A DNA stretch of 64,000 bases from NCBI RefSeq assembly GCF_004010195.1, contig NC_057753.1, positions 10,123,358-10,187,357 on the forward strand, in the 5' to 3' direction. A program made the translations under genes and the position numbers. Positions within the stretch are counted from its first letter, which is position 1. Each line of letters begins with the position of its first letter. The notes below the pieces were generated by a model. The model searched no databases, had not been told where the DNA came from, and was given only the letters and a program-made list of their open reading frames with translations. This stretch comes from Chiloscyllium plagiosum. Lineage: Eukaryota. Below, piece after piece: positions 35,985-48,952 of this stretch.

Positions 35985-36290
35985 TAGATTAGATTACTTA
36001 CAGTGTGGAAACAGTCCCTTCGGCCCAACAAGTCCACACCGACCCGCAGAAGCGCAACCCACCCATACCCCTACATTTACACCTTTAACCTAACACTTAG
36101 GCAATTTAGCATGACCAATTCACCTGACCCGCACATCTTTGTGACTGTGGGAGGAAACCGGAGCACCCGGAGGTAAACCCACGCACACGGGGAGAATGTG
36201 CAAACTCCACACAGTCAGTTGCCTGAGTCGGGAATTGAACCCGGGTCTCTGGCGCTGTGAGGCAGCATTGCTAACCACTGTGCCACCGTG
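35985..36290 (-). mobile_element. HE1/V-SINE-like SINE (young)
   Basis: Full head, V-domain and tail. Confidence 0.88.
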
Positions 36291-36431
36291 CTTTCCAAAG
36301 TATCTGCACTCAATTGTTGTGTGTATAAAAGTTTGGTACTGTCTATTGCTGGAATGGGTGGAATTGCTGCTAATTGTACAAAAGTGATATTGGAAATAAA
36401 GTATTTAACAACTTGGGTAGTCACAGTATTC

Positions 36432-36615
36432 TAGGAGAAAGTGAGGACTGCAGATGCTGGAGATCAGAGCTGAAAATGTGTTGCTGGAAAAGCGCAGCAG
36501 GTCAGGCAGCATCCAAGGAGCAGGATAATCTCTTCTCATGCCCGAAACGTCGATTCTCCTGTTCCTTGGATGATGCCCGACCTGCTGCGCTTTTCCAGCA
36601 ACACATTTTCAGCTC
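36432..36615. mobile_element. Palindromic PLE-derived element, hammerhead partly deleted
   Basis: Inverted arms; 14-bp TSD TAGTCACAGTATTC at 36418-36431 and 36616-36629. Confidence 0.8.
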
Positions 36616-37399
36616 TAGTCACAGTATTCATTCCGTCACAATGATCTGTACTTGTACATCTCCATCACATCACCATCCTCAGCCCTAATCTTGGTTGATC
36701 TGCTGAAACCAACATCCGTGTCTTGATATCTCCCACCCCAGCAATCTCCTTGCTGTCCTGGCTCACCTTCTATCTCCCATTCTCCATAAATGTAATGTTC
36801 AAACCTCTGCTGCCCTTTGGCCTGATTCACTCCAACACGCAGAGGGCGGTGCATGTATGGAATGAGCTGTGAGAGGAGGTGGTGGAAGCTGGTACAATTA
36901 CAACATTTAAAAGGCATCTGGATGGATACATAAATAGGAAAAGTTTAGAGGGATATAGGCCAAATGCTAGCAAATGGGACGAGGTTATTTTAGGATATCT
37001 GGTTGGCATGGACAAGCTGGATTGAAGGTGCTGTTTCCATACTGTACAGCTCTCAGACTCTAATTACCATCCACTCCTCATCCCTGTGCCTGCTGATCCA
37101 CTTTGCCTCCTGATCTGGTTAGTCTCCATTATAAAATTCATACTTAGTTTAAATATGACCATCCTCCCTAACTACGTGAGCTTGAACTGCCTCACAACCC
37201 TGTGGGCAATTCTGATTTCTTTCGCTCCTCAATCTATGGATTTCCACCAACCCCCAACACCACCACCACCATGACAACCACCAGTCCCCCACTGAAGGCT
37301 GTCCACATTTACTTCCCTCTTGTGTTAAAAAAAATTCTGCACTTTGACAAAGTTTTTGGTCACACGCTTTTGAGCATCTTCAGGTTTACTGAACTGATA

Positions 37400-37860
37400 C
37401 ACTGTAGTCACCAGAGCAAATCAAAGACTAGGAATCCTGCAGCTCACCACCTCACTCCCCAAAGCCTGTCCACATAGTACAGGTCAGGAGTGTGATGGAT
37501 TAATTCCCAACTTGCCTGGATGGGTGCAGCTCCAGCAATACTGAAAAATACTTGACACCATCCAGAACAAAACAACCCTGCTTGATTGGCACCACATTCA
37601 CAAGCATTCATTCCCTCCACAACCAATGCTCAATAACAGCTGTGTTTCCCTCCACGCTACTCACCATCATGAGTTTGAAATATATCACAGTTTCTTCACT
37701 ATCGCTGGGTTAAAATCCTGGAATTCCTTCCATGGAGCATTGTGAGTCAACTTACAGCACACATGGACTGTAGAGGTTCAAGAAGACAGCTCACCACAAC
37801 CGTCTCAAGGACTGCTAGGGATGGTCAATATATATTGGCCCATGAATGAATGTAAAAAGT
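37400..37860 (+). mobile_element. Old CR1/L2-clade LINE 3' fragment
   Basis: Degenerate QVRSVM..S.LAWMGAAP..LK.LDTIQNK and a GGTTCAAGAAG.CAGCTCACCAC...ATGAATGAAT 3' end. Confidence 0.6.
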
Positions 37861-38369
37861 TCCTATATCATCCTGGAATAAAAAGCAAAATGCTAAGAAT
37901 ACTCTGCAGGTCAGGCAGTATCATTGGAAAGTGAAAACCTGTTGACACTTCAGGTTAATGGGTTTTGGTTAGATTCCCAAATATCTGCAGGATGCTTTTG
38001 CTGTTCTAGTATCTACTCGAGTGGCTCATGATATCTCATGAGAGAGTTTATGATATTAACACAGCCATATAAATTGTTGTGGGTCACAATGTGCCCAAGT
38101 GAGAAAGAACAAACTACCATCCTTAAATATTCATTTTTAAACCATGGAAATAGAATTAATGTTTGGAAAACACACAACTTGCCATGTATTAAGAAGATCA
38201 GAATTAGGAATGGGAGTAGGTAATTAATCGTTGAGATGCTCTGTCTTTCATCACCATCCATGGCTGATCATTTATCTAAATTCTCTCTCCTGCACATTTT
38301 TTTTCATGACTTCACCTGATGAAAGGGTTACGTTTCAAGAGCTTGTGATTTCAAGCAAACCTGATTTTT

Positions 38370-39760
38370 AGATGCCAGTGTTGAACTGGGGTGTACAAAG
38401 ATAAAAATCACACAACACCAGGCTATAGTTTAATTGGAAGCAGTAGCTCACGGAGCACTGCACCTTCATCAGGTCGTTGTCAAGTATAAGATCGCAGGAC
38501 ACATAATTTATAGAAAAAATTTACAGTGTGATGTAACTGAAATTATGTATTGAAAAAGACCCCAGATTGTTTAAGTTTCTCATCTTTTAGAATGGGCATG
38601 TTGATTTCAGTTCTTTCATATGTAAATCCCAGAACTTCCTTAAAGTTACATTCTCAAGTGGGCTTTAACAATAGGTGCCATGTTGGCCCAGATAGTGCAT
38701 TGAAGGTGCACTGTGTGATGCTGTCTGTGCCCCAATGTTCAGACAGATTCTAATCCAAAAAAGGATTTACAGAATCTTACATGGATTCATGCAGTTTTTG
38801 AACAAAATAGAATGTAATTCTGCAACTACAAATTCACCCCACAAACTTATATGTGAGTGTTTGTGAGGAGGGGGGGAATGTTCTGAGAGAGTGTGAGTGT
38901 AAACGGATATAAGTCTGTGAGAGGTTGCGTGTGAATGTGGAAGTGGATGTGTGAGTGTATGAGAAAGGGTCTGCATGAGTGTATGGGTCTGTAGCTGTGT
39001 CTGTGTGTGCAGTGCAGTGGGGTCACCTGTAGTGTGACATGAACCCAAGGTACCGGTTGAGGCCATTCCCATGGACACCGAACTTGGCTATCAGCCTCTG
39101 CTTGCCTACTTTGCATTGTTGCCTGTCCTGATGTCCGCGTGGAGGATCGTCACCTGGAGGTCGAGGTCGAATGCCCCGGACCGCTGAAGTGTTCTCAGAC
39201 TGGGTCTTTTTAAATTTATAATTTCAGTTAAATCACACGGTAACCTTTTGCTATAAATTCCGTGTCCTATGACCTTATACTCCACGATCACCTGATGAAG
39301 GAGTAGCGCTGAAAAAGCTAGTGCTTCCAAATAATCCTGTCAAATAAACATGTTAGACGCTGCCTGACCTGCTGCGCTGTTCCAGCAATAAAGTTTCAAC
39401 TGTGACATGAACCCAAGGTACCGGTTGAGGCCATTCCCATGGATACCGAACTTGGCTTATCAGCCTCTGCTCGCCTACTTTGCATTGTTGCCTGTCCTGA
39501 TGTCCGCTTGGAGGATCATCACCTGGAGGTCGAGGTCGAATGCCCCGGACCGCTCAAGTGTTCTCGGACTGGGTCTTTTTAAATTTATAATTTCAGTTAA
39601 ATCACACGGTAACCTTTTGCTATAAATTCCATGTCCTATGATCTTATACTCCACGATCACCTGATGAAGGAGTAGCGCTGAAAAAGCTAGTGCTTCCAAA
39701 TAATCCTGTCAAATAAACATGTTAGACTGTAATTTCGTGTCGTGTAATTTCTGACTCAAA
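38370..39760 (-). mobile_element. Penelope-like element: pseudo-LTR, GIY-YIG C-terminus and inverted pseudo-LTR, with a ~369-bp tandem duplication
   Basis: Minus strand EHFSGPGHS..DLQVTIL..QRLIAKFGVHGNGLNRYLGFMSHY (39030-39198, repeated 39401-39567); hammerhead remnants at ~38440-38475 (-), 39289-39323 (+) and 39658-39692 (+). Confidence 0.85.
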
Positions 39761-40121
39761 AACATGACTAAGGATGTTAATACACATCGCTAGAGCAGTC
39801 GAATTTGAATCTGGGCTTCAGGGCTCAGAGTTCGAGGGACACTACGACTTTGGCACAAAAACCACTGGAGCAAATAGGTCATTTTCTGTTGAATTATTGG
39901 GAATACCTCCCTCCCCAACAGAGGACACTACCATTGTACCCTCAGAGCCCATTATAGTAAATTAAGCCGGCACCTATTGAATGAGTGATGTGGAGATGCC
40001 GGTGTTGGATTGGGATGGACAAAGTTAAAAATCACACCTTCCTCCTCAACATGGGACTCTACCACGGAACCACTAGAGTCCAGTGTAGTAAATTGAGTCC
40101 TCTCCTGTTGAATGGATGAAT

Positions 40122-40321
40122 TTTTTTTAATTTCAAAAATATACTTTATTCATAAAATAATTTGATGGTCTGTACAATTGGTCATGCCATACATATGTAA
40201 ACATGTACATACAGAGATCAGAATTTATCATTTTTATACAGGTCTGTACATTTTTCAATCATATGCCCATATGATTAGCTGAGGCGTCAGCAGAGCCCAA
40301 ATGACTGCATGGGTCCCCTGT
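40122..40321 (-). mobile_element. 5'-truncated polyA retroposon (L1/Tx1-like 3' end)
   Basis: 19-bp TSD TCCTGTTGAATGGATGAAT at 40103-40121 and 40322-40340; minus-strand AATAAA and A-tail. Confidence 0.8.
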
Positions 40322-40344
40322 TCCTGTTGAATGGATGAATGGGA

Positions 40345-40640
40345 ACGGAAAGGGGCGGAGACACTGACGTTTACGTGTACCTCTCCGCCATCTGCGGTCG
40401 GTGCGGATTAATCGGAGAGCGACATTCTGGTGCGTGTGTCAACTGATGCCCGTAAAGGCTGGCCGCCATTGGTCAGGTGGAGTAAGGTGCGCTCTGATTG
40501 GAGGAGATGCGGATGACGCGCGTCACTGAAGGTGCAGCCGGAAAGAAGAAAAACAAAGATGGCGGCGCGAGGCTGCGGTTTTCTCATCGACTCAGCGGGC
40601 GGTTTCTGACGGAGGGAGGGGGGCAGACAGGCACCGTTTA
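40345..40640 (+). promoter_or_regulatory. CpG-island promoter (candidate for the ZNF exon at 46640)
   Basis: GC box, CRE-like TGACGT and palindrome TGACGCGCGTCA (40514-40525), reverse CCAAT boxes, ETS CCGGAA, YY1 site AAGATGGCGGC (40556-40566). Confidence 0.7.
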
Positions 40641-42360
40641 TCTCAGAAAATACCTTTAAAATACATTTCAAATTAAAGCCGGAACATTGGATTTGCTCAA
40701 GGCTTGTATCTATTAACTTATTTAAATGGTACCTACTGTATGGGGCTATGGTTTACATTAAAACCGGAGGGTCATGTCAGAGTGTTTGTTTATATTGAGC
40801 AGTTGTAGTTGGTAAAATACACTCCGTGGAGGAGCACCTTCTATGATGCTGCATTTCTTGCCTTCTGCTCTTCCCCATTTGATTTTATATTCTTTTTGGT
40901 CAAATTTAATTTCACATTAATCAGACTTGGTATTCACTGTGTGTTATTAATTAATGTGTTGGGTTATTGTAAAATAAAATTAATGATGTATTTTCATTTC
41001 TGATGTCGGAGTTTGACATTGAATGTGCTGGTGTGAATACCAGTCAGTTTTGAAACTAAGTCAAGAACTTGTCCTTTTTAACAAAATGCGTTCACTGATA
41101 TTGATGGCATTGCCTCCTTTGAGAAGGATGATTCAAGTCCGACCAACAAACCATTTCATGCAGTCACCCAGTTTAATTAAAGTCTTTTAGAAAGTAATTC
41201 TGGCTGACTAAGGTTTATACACCCCAAAATACAGTTGGTAACCATGTGTATTCTTACCTTTGTCACTTTGTACTTTTCTCGTGAACCTCTGACAGATGTC
41301 AGTAATTTTGTTCACTTTAAAAATAATTAAAGCAATGTTTTTTTTTCTAAATTGCACTTGGTTGGACAAAGTAATGGAAAATGTTCACAAAGGAATCATT
41401 ACAACTTGGGTTTATATGTAGTCGTTCATGCAGTAAGTCATTTCAAGGCAACACATGGGGATATTATCAAGCAGAGTTTGACACGCAGAGATATTAGGGC
41501 AAGAGATGAATGTTTTGAGGAGAGAGGTTTTTGGTCAGAACTTGGGGCCCAGATAGCTGATGGCAGATTACTTCCAACTGTGGAGCTTTGAAAACCAGTG
41601 AAAGACATGAGATCAGATTAGAAGATCAGAGAAATCTGAGAGATGTGGGGATGAAGGATGTTGGCGATGAGGTAAGGGCAAGCCTACACAATGATCAGAT
41701 AATAGTGGTGCGTGTTTTTAAATTATGACCCAAATCAAGACAGCGATGAAGCAACATCCTCAACAGATAAGAAATAACTCCTAATTCAGATTTCCTCCCC
41801 TATTCTCTTTCCCAGTTCTTTCAGAAATAAGAAATGTATTTTCCTTTGATGAGAAAATGGTCTGACAGTTTGTGGTGTCTGGAGTGTTATGCCATACACC
41901 TTTTAAGAATCCTTTAAATGTGTTTTTCAGATAATGGTGGAGGTGACCAAAAGCAATCATTTCACTCCTGTTCATTGCCCCATTTCTCCTGCTATAAACC
42001 ATTTTGTCATGTTGTCTGTTACAAGCACTTGGTTTTCTCAATGAAATTTGGCCACTGTAGTGAACAGGATAAATCTTTATCGATGGCAAGCTGTGTTTGC
42101 ACTAACTGTAATTATCCACCAATATGCTACCTTTTGTTCCACCAAAAATGGAAACAATGATCTGTGTTTATATTGCACTTAGAATGTACAAAATCATCCC
42201 AAAGATCTTCACAATATTATAGTTGACTGAAGCCGTAACAGGAGGCATTGCATGGCAGTTTGAAGCTAAAGACCTGGCTGGAAAGAATGTGGATTGATGA
42301 GGAAAATCAAAACGGCAGAGTCTCTGGCTACATCTAACAATCTGGCTTGATTGCATGAGT

Positions 42361-42569
42361 AGAAAGTGAGGTCTGCAGATGCTGGATGTATATGAATTAC
42401 TTGGATAAGTAAAATGAATGTACTATTGCCAAGTTTGCTGAAGAGACATTGATGGGAAGGCAGGTGATGCTGGAGGTCCTGAAGAAGGGCTTATGCCCGA
42501 AACGTCGATTCTCCTGTTCCCTGGATGCTGCCTGACCTGCTGCGCTTTATCAGCAACACATTTCCAGCT
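42361..42569 (+). mobile_element. PLE-derived insertion with intact hammerhead core and a captured local 84-bp segment
   Basis: 15-bp TSD CTTGATTGCATGAGT (42346-42360, 42570-42584); CTGAAGA-A-GGGCTTATGCCC-GAAAC-GTC at 42479-42506. Confidence 0.85.
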
Positions 42570-42849
42570 CTTGATTGCATGAGTGGTGGTTCTTCAAAAG
42601 CACCTTCCAAGCCATGACCTCAACCACCAAGAACAGACAAGTGTGAACACAGGATTCCGACTGCGGAATATATCGTATTGCTTTTTTGGTATTGACCAAA
42701 ATGCTGGAACTTGCTCCTCAACATTGTTGCAGACCATATCATAATTGTGAAGCAATTTAAGAGGCAGCTCAGCACCACTTTTTCAAGGACAGTTTGGGAA
42801 GAGTTGTTGGCATAGCCAATGATATTCACATTTCATGAAATAGTAAGCA

Positions 42850-43840
42850 AAGAGCCCAGGGTGTTGGGAGGCTGTATGTTAGCATGGATAGAGGATTGGC
42901 TAACCAATGACACGGTTGTGATAAGGGGCATGTTCAGTATGGTAACTAGTGGTGTGCCACAGGGATCAGTGCTGGGGCCAAACTTATTTGCAATATGTAT
43001 ATGAATTACTTGGATAAGTAAAATGAATGTACTATTGCCAAGTTTGCTGAAGAGACATTGATGGGAAGGCAGGTGATGAGAATGACATGAAATATCTGCA
43101 GAGGGAAATACACAGGTTAAGCAAATGCGCAAAAGCTTGGCAGATAGGAAAATGAGGTAATGCAGTTTGTCAGGAGGTGAAGAGCTGAATATTAAATGGA
43201 GAAAGTTGCAGAATAGAGGGATTTGGAAGCCCGCATCTATAAATCCCTTCATCTAATTTGTGAGTAATAGGGAGGCAAATGAGTGATTGGCCTTTTCAAT
43301 AGAGTATAAAAGTAGGGAGGTTATAGTGAACTATGTAAGGCACTAGTCAGGCCACAACTGAACACTGTGAACAGTTTTGGGCCCTTTACCTAAGAAAACA
43401 GAGACTGGCATTTGAGGCATTCCAAAGAAGGTTGCCCAGGATGATATTGGGTATGGGAAGAATGTCTAATGAGGAGAACTGAATAGGTTAGGCCTGTGCT
43501 TATTAGACATTAGAAGAATTAGAGATAACCTTGTCGTCACATACAAGGTTCTGAAGAGACTTGACAGACTAGATGTGGAAAAGTGGGTGAGTCTTGAACC
43601 AGAGGAAATAACCTCCAGATAAGGCATTGCATGTTTAAGACAGATAGGAATTTCTCCTGACTTGTTACTACAGAGGGCTGTTGAGCCTGGGTTGTTCAGT
43701 GCATTCAAGGCTGAGAGTTTTTCTAAAATCAGTAAGCAAAGTGAAGATTATGGGGAAATGGTAGGAAAGTGGATTTGATGTTTACCAGAATAATCATGAT
43801 CTGAGTAAATGGCAGAGTTGATTCAACGGGCTGAATTGAA
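42850..43840 (+). mobile_element. Old CR1 RT and 3' fragment
   Basis: LAWIEDWLT...VTSGVPQGSVLGP...AKFAE; heavily decayed. Confidence 0.75.
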
Positions 43841-44013
43841 TAGTAAATAGTAATGAGGAAAAGGATACAACTGGCAACTACAGGCCAGTCAGTGTTGGGA
43901 AACTTAGAGATTGTAGGGAGTTGGTGGCATTTTGGCATTGTTACTGGATTTAACATTTGGAGTTTGAAAGTGATGCTCCTATGCCCCGAGGCAATTTGAA
44001 ATCAATGAATTTA

Positions 44014-44793
44014 CAGAGGACCCTCGATTATCTGAATACCAATTATCCGAAAATGGGATTTTCCGAAGGAAATCTCGAGGTCCCGATAGAAACATTACAT
44101 CAAAGCCATGTTTCCGGCAGTGATCGTGTCTTTTATTTACAGTGATTAAACAGGCACCATCTCCAAATGACTGACCTCCCGCCCTTTCTCTGTATATTCC
44201 CACAATTTCCCTGCACCTTTACAGAGGGGTGTACGCTAAATCCTGCCATCCTCCCCAGATATTCTCTCCAATATTGTCCTGTACAGGGCAGACGTGAAAG
44301 CTGTCAAAAAGTTGTGTGTGTAGCTGTGGCTGTGTGTGCGTGCTGTTTGGAGACTTACCCCACAAGGGCAGCAGTAGCAGTCATGTTGATTTCTAGTCCA
44401 GCTGCCGCAGAGAGGGGTTGAGGGAGGATGGGGGGGATGGGGGCGCACGGCAGGTGCAGTGTTGGACTGGTTTGGAGATGGTGTTGGGGGGTCTAGGGGC
44501 GGTGGTGGGAGGGTGGGGAGGGTGTTGGACGGGTCGCGGGCGGAGTTGTGGTTTTGGGTGGGACGGGGCCGGGAAGGGTGATGTTGGGCAGGGGCAGTGC
44601 TGGGCGGGGGCAGGGGGCAGTGTTAGATGGGGTTGGGGGCAGGGCCTTGAGCACTGCGTGGTGCTGCAGTCCCCTGAATAGGGAGCAGACTTTAAATACC
44701 CAGTGGAAAAGCATTTAATCAATTAACCGAATAATCGATTATCCGCACAAAGCAGTGCCTGCCCATCATGTTCGGATAATCGAGGTTCCCCTG
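44014..44793. mobile_element. Non-autonomous Tc1/mariner-superfamily (Tigger/pogo-like) DNA transposon
   Basis: 23-bp terminal inverted repeats CAGAGGACCCTCGATTATCTGAA / TTCGGATAATCGAGGTTCCCCTG (20/23), TA on both sides, subterminal ATTATCCG repeats, no transposase ORF. Confidence 0.85.
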
Positions 44794-46995
44794 TATCTGG
44801 ATTATAAAGCTTATCACTGCTTCGGTGATCTTATCAATTGCCATAAGTACCTATCTTGTTCACTGATAACCTTTTTTAAGGAAATAAATCTTTAGTCCTT
44901 CCCCAGTTTGGTGAATGTATCACTCTCTTGATCCAAAGTCATGTGGTTGACTCTTAACTGCCCTCTGAAATGGCACTTGGTCTTTTGGGAGACAAAGTGC
45001 CACATTCCATGAACGAATAAAGGAAAATATTCAGGAGAAAATTGTCAGTAAAGGGAATACTGAGAGCTAGTGATACTGGTTGAGTAACCCAGAGATGTAG
45101 GACTTCTGAGAACAAAAATTCATCTCCCATCATGGCTGCTAGTGGAATTTATGTTCAACTAATAAAAAGATCTGGAAGTGAAAGTTTGTCTCAGTACTGG
45201 CAATCCGAAAACCATTATTGCTTAAAACAATGAATCACAGATGTTTGAGCTCAGAAACAAAAGTCACAATTGCTGGGGAAACACAGAAGATCTGGCAGTA
45301 TCTGTGGAGAGAAAACAGTTAATGTTTTGAATCCAGCCAAGTTTTGAAGGGCCACTGCACTAAAAACAGTAACACTGTCGTCTCTTCATAGATGCTGCCA
45401 GAACTGTTCTCCAACCATTATTGATTGTTGTGAAAGTGTCCTTCTCGGGAGGGAAATTTACCATTCAGAACCCTACATGCGTGTGTGCGTGCACACATAA
45501 CTCCAGACCTACTACAATGTATTTGACACTCAGCTGCCTTCTAGCATGTAGCCAATTGCTCGGTCCAAGGGCCATGACGGATGGTGAGCAAATGTTGGAC
45601 GTGTTGGCAACAATCACATCCCACAAAATATTTTCTCATAACTGAAAAAGCTCAGGTTAATGAAGGACAGCCAAACCAAACTACTATGGGAAAGTCATGC
45701 CCAACTAACTTGATTAGTTATAAATATTGTTTTAAAATCCTCTTCAGAGAGGTCATTGGTTCCATCACTGCTGGAATACTGCATGCAATTCTGGGTTCTC
45801 TACTGCAGGAAGGATGTTGTGAAACTTGAAAGGGTTCACAAAAGATTTACAAGGATGCTGCCAGGGATAGAGGGTTTGAACTACAGGAAGAGGCTGAATA
45901 GACTGGGGCCGTTTTCCCTGGAGCTTTGGAGGCTGAGGGGTGACTTTATAGATGTTTATAAAATCATGAGGGGCAAGGATAGGGTAAATAGACAAGATTA
46001 TGGGTAGACAAGGCAATGAAGAAGGCTTTCGGCAGGCTTGCTTTCATCTGTCAGAACATTGAGCACAGGAGTCGGGATGAATTGTTGCAGCTCTCTCAGA
46101 TTCCACACAACATCACAAGGCGTGACCCTGCCCCCTCGGACTGACCGTCCCTTTGAATATCAGGGGGAAGACACCTCTTTTATTGTGATGATCAGGAAAC
46201 ATGCCTTCCTTCAAAAAAGGGCTGTGCTCACGAATATTTGGATAGAGGACACAAGTTATCATTTGGGTGAAGATCAATCTTCTTTCAGAGAGAGGAGGAG
46301 CAGCAGCTTCAGAAGTTCATGGTCCAACTTCTGAAAAGACGTTGTCTGGTTTGCAGTTGTTTCTGGGCTTGTAATATCATACTGCAGCGTATCGTATATC
46401 TTCAGTAAGAGCGTCTCTACTGCACGATAGAGGTCCATTCAGCAACTTGAATCCATGTAAACTCTTTGTGGAGGTATGCAGTCTGCCCCATAATCCTGCT
46501 GGTTTACAGTTACATATAGATTTATACATATAGATCTTTGGAGATTAAGAGAGGAAAGAATGTTCCACAGAAAGTAGAATTGTGTTTAGATTTTCTATCA
46601 TGGACTGACTGTGATGACTTTTGCAATCTCTTTTCACAGGAATATTATAAGAGAAGAATTTGGAGGCAGAAATCTCAGACCAAACATCACGTCAAAGTCT
46701 GACAGTCACTTGATTCACCAGGATGTGGATATTGATGGCCTTGAAAACAAACGAGAGAAGGTCGACCTGTTTCATTAGGTTTTAAACATTAGTGTGACTG
46801 GAAACTCAGGGTCTCACATACCCACACACTAGAGTAGTGACTGGAAAAAGCTTTACAGACTGAATGAGAGTGTTCCAATTATCAGAGGGTTCACCACTAA
46901 CACGAGACACATGCTGTAAGCATGAGCGAATTTTCTGGTCCAACTGGTTTTGGTTTTCTGAATATTGAACTCAGAGAGATGAGGGTGCCTGCACC

Positions 46996-47503
46996 ATGGA
47001 GAAACCGTGGAAATGTGGGGAGTGTGGGAACGGTTTCCCTTCCCCCATCTGCACTGGACATTCATCGGCATTTGCACACCAGGCAGCGGCCGTTCACCTG
47101 CACTCAGTGCGGGTAAGGCTTCACTCAGTCACACCACCTCCTGGTCCACCAGTGGGTCCACACTGGCGAGAAACTGTTCATTTGCCCTATGTGTGGGCAG
47201 GGCTTCACTCAGTTGCACCACCTGCTGTTGCACCAGCGAATCCACACCAGAGAGAAGCCATTCGCCTGCACTGTGTGCGGGATGGGCTTCACCCAGTCGT
47301 ACCACCTGCTGCTCCACTTCCGCGTCCACACTGGGGAGAAGCCATTCACCTGCTCAGTGTGCGGCAATGGCTTCTGTGATTCTTCCACCCTGCGCAAACA
47401 CCAGCGCATCCACACCAAGGAGCAGCCGTTCACCTGCTCCATGTGCAGAAAGGACTTCACCCAGTCGTGCAACATGTGGAGACACCAGCAACTTCATAAG
47501 TGA
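46996..47503 (+). pseudogene. C2H2 zinc-finger gene H, 6 fingers, disrupted
   Basis: [14 protein letters not shown]; +1 frameshift in the C-run near 47045 and TAA at 47114-47116; downstream fingers intact; acceptor TTTTCACAG before 46640. Confidence 0.8.
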
Positions 47504-47934
47504 GATGGCACTGGGGGAGGGGTTGGATTCTGCTGTTACTGCTGCTGAGAGTCACAACCTGAACTCTGTTTAGTGGGTGAAGTGGGAGCAGTAAGGGGTT
47601 CCTTTACGCTGGATTGGCCACGCTCACACCCACTTTACTTTCAGTGGGGGCTGATGCTCTCTGAGCCCGAGAATGCACCTTATCTCTGGAAATGATCTGC
47701 AGAAGCAGATGAAGGACATTTTTTATCCTGGATGGAGCATAATGTTTGTCCAACCATTGCAGGTAGATTTGAAATAGACACATTTGTCTCTGTCCCATTG
47801 AATTTCCAGCACAGGGCTAGGCCGGTCAGCTCTGTCAGTGTTTTTGCTCCGCCTGAGCCTCCACCTGTCTTCATTGCCCCCCCATTAGCATACGGGTGTT
47901 CCCTGCTTTTTGAAAGTCTGCTTTACAACACTTC

Positions 47935-48240
47935 CTCAGTGGTTAGCACTGCTGTCTCACAGCACTAAGGTCCCAGTTTCGATTCCAGCCTCCAGCGACT
48001 GTCTTTATGGAGTTTGCACATTCTCCCCGTGTCTGCGTGGGTTTCCTCCGGGTGCTCCGGTTTCCTCCCACAGTCAAAAGGTGTGCAGGTCAGGTGAATT
48101 GGCCATGCTAAATTGCCCGTAGTGCTCGGTGCATTAGTCAGAAGGAAATGGGTCTGGTTGGGTTACTCTTCAGAGGGTCAGTGTGCACTGGTTGGGCCAA
48201 AGGGCCTGTTTCCACACTGTAGGGAATCTAATATAATCTA
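47935..48240 (+). mobile_element. HE1/V-SINE-like SINE
   Basis: Head, V-domain and tail. Confidence 0.85.
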
Positions 48241-48594
48241 AACTTCCCTTTTACAAAAAACCTGCATTAGTACTTATTTTCACTAACCGAAAAAAATCCA
48301 AAGAGGATTTTCGCTTTTGAGAAAATGCTTAATATTAATTAATTAATGGTCCTTACTACTTCGCTTTATGCCATTTTGGCTTACGAAATGTTTCATAGGA
48401 ACGCTGTATTTTTGGATAGTGGGAGAAACCTGCATCAATACAATACAGCACAGTCACAGTTCCTTCTTATTTAGTTTAGGCACCACCCCCAAGCCAATTC
48501 TTAATTTTGACTTTGACCCACTATTTATTGCCCATGCGTGGTTTCTATCCCTCTGTTAGCCTCCTGTTCATGTTTCTGTCAAGATGCACCTTAA

Positions 48595-48952
48595 ATAAGA
48601 CCATTAGTCATAGGAGCGGAAATAAGGCCATTCGGCCCATCGAGTCCACTCTGCCATTCAATCATTGCTGATGGGCATTTCAACTCCGCATTCTCTCCAT
48701 AGCCCTTAATTCCTTGTGATATCAAGAATTTATCAATTTCTGCCTTGAAGACATTTAGCATCCCAGCCTCCACTGCACTCTGTGGCAATGAATTCCACAG
48801 GCCCACCACTCTCTGGCTGAAGAAATGTCTCCGCATTTCTGTTCTGAATTTACCCCCTCTAATTCTAAGCCTGTGTCCACGGGTCCTAGTCTCCTCGCCT
48901 AACGGAAACAATTTCCTCGCGTCCACCCTTTCCAAGCCATGTATTATCTTGC
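48595..48952 (-). mobile_element. CR1 3' fragment (young subfamily, similar to 57725-58080)
   Basis: KIIHGLERVDARKLFP...TRGHRLRIRG...FFSQRVVGLWNSLP. Confidence 0.85.

Noticed and set aside
47189..47503. Independent 104-aa zinc-finger CDS
   Set aside because: The ATG lies inside a finger, downstream of a frameshift and a stop; treated as part of a disrupted gene, although the homopolymer frameshift alone could be a sequencing error.
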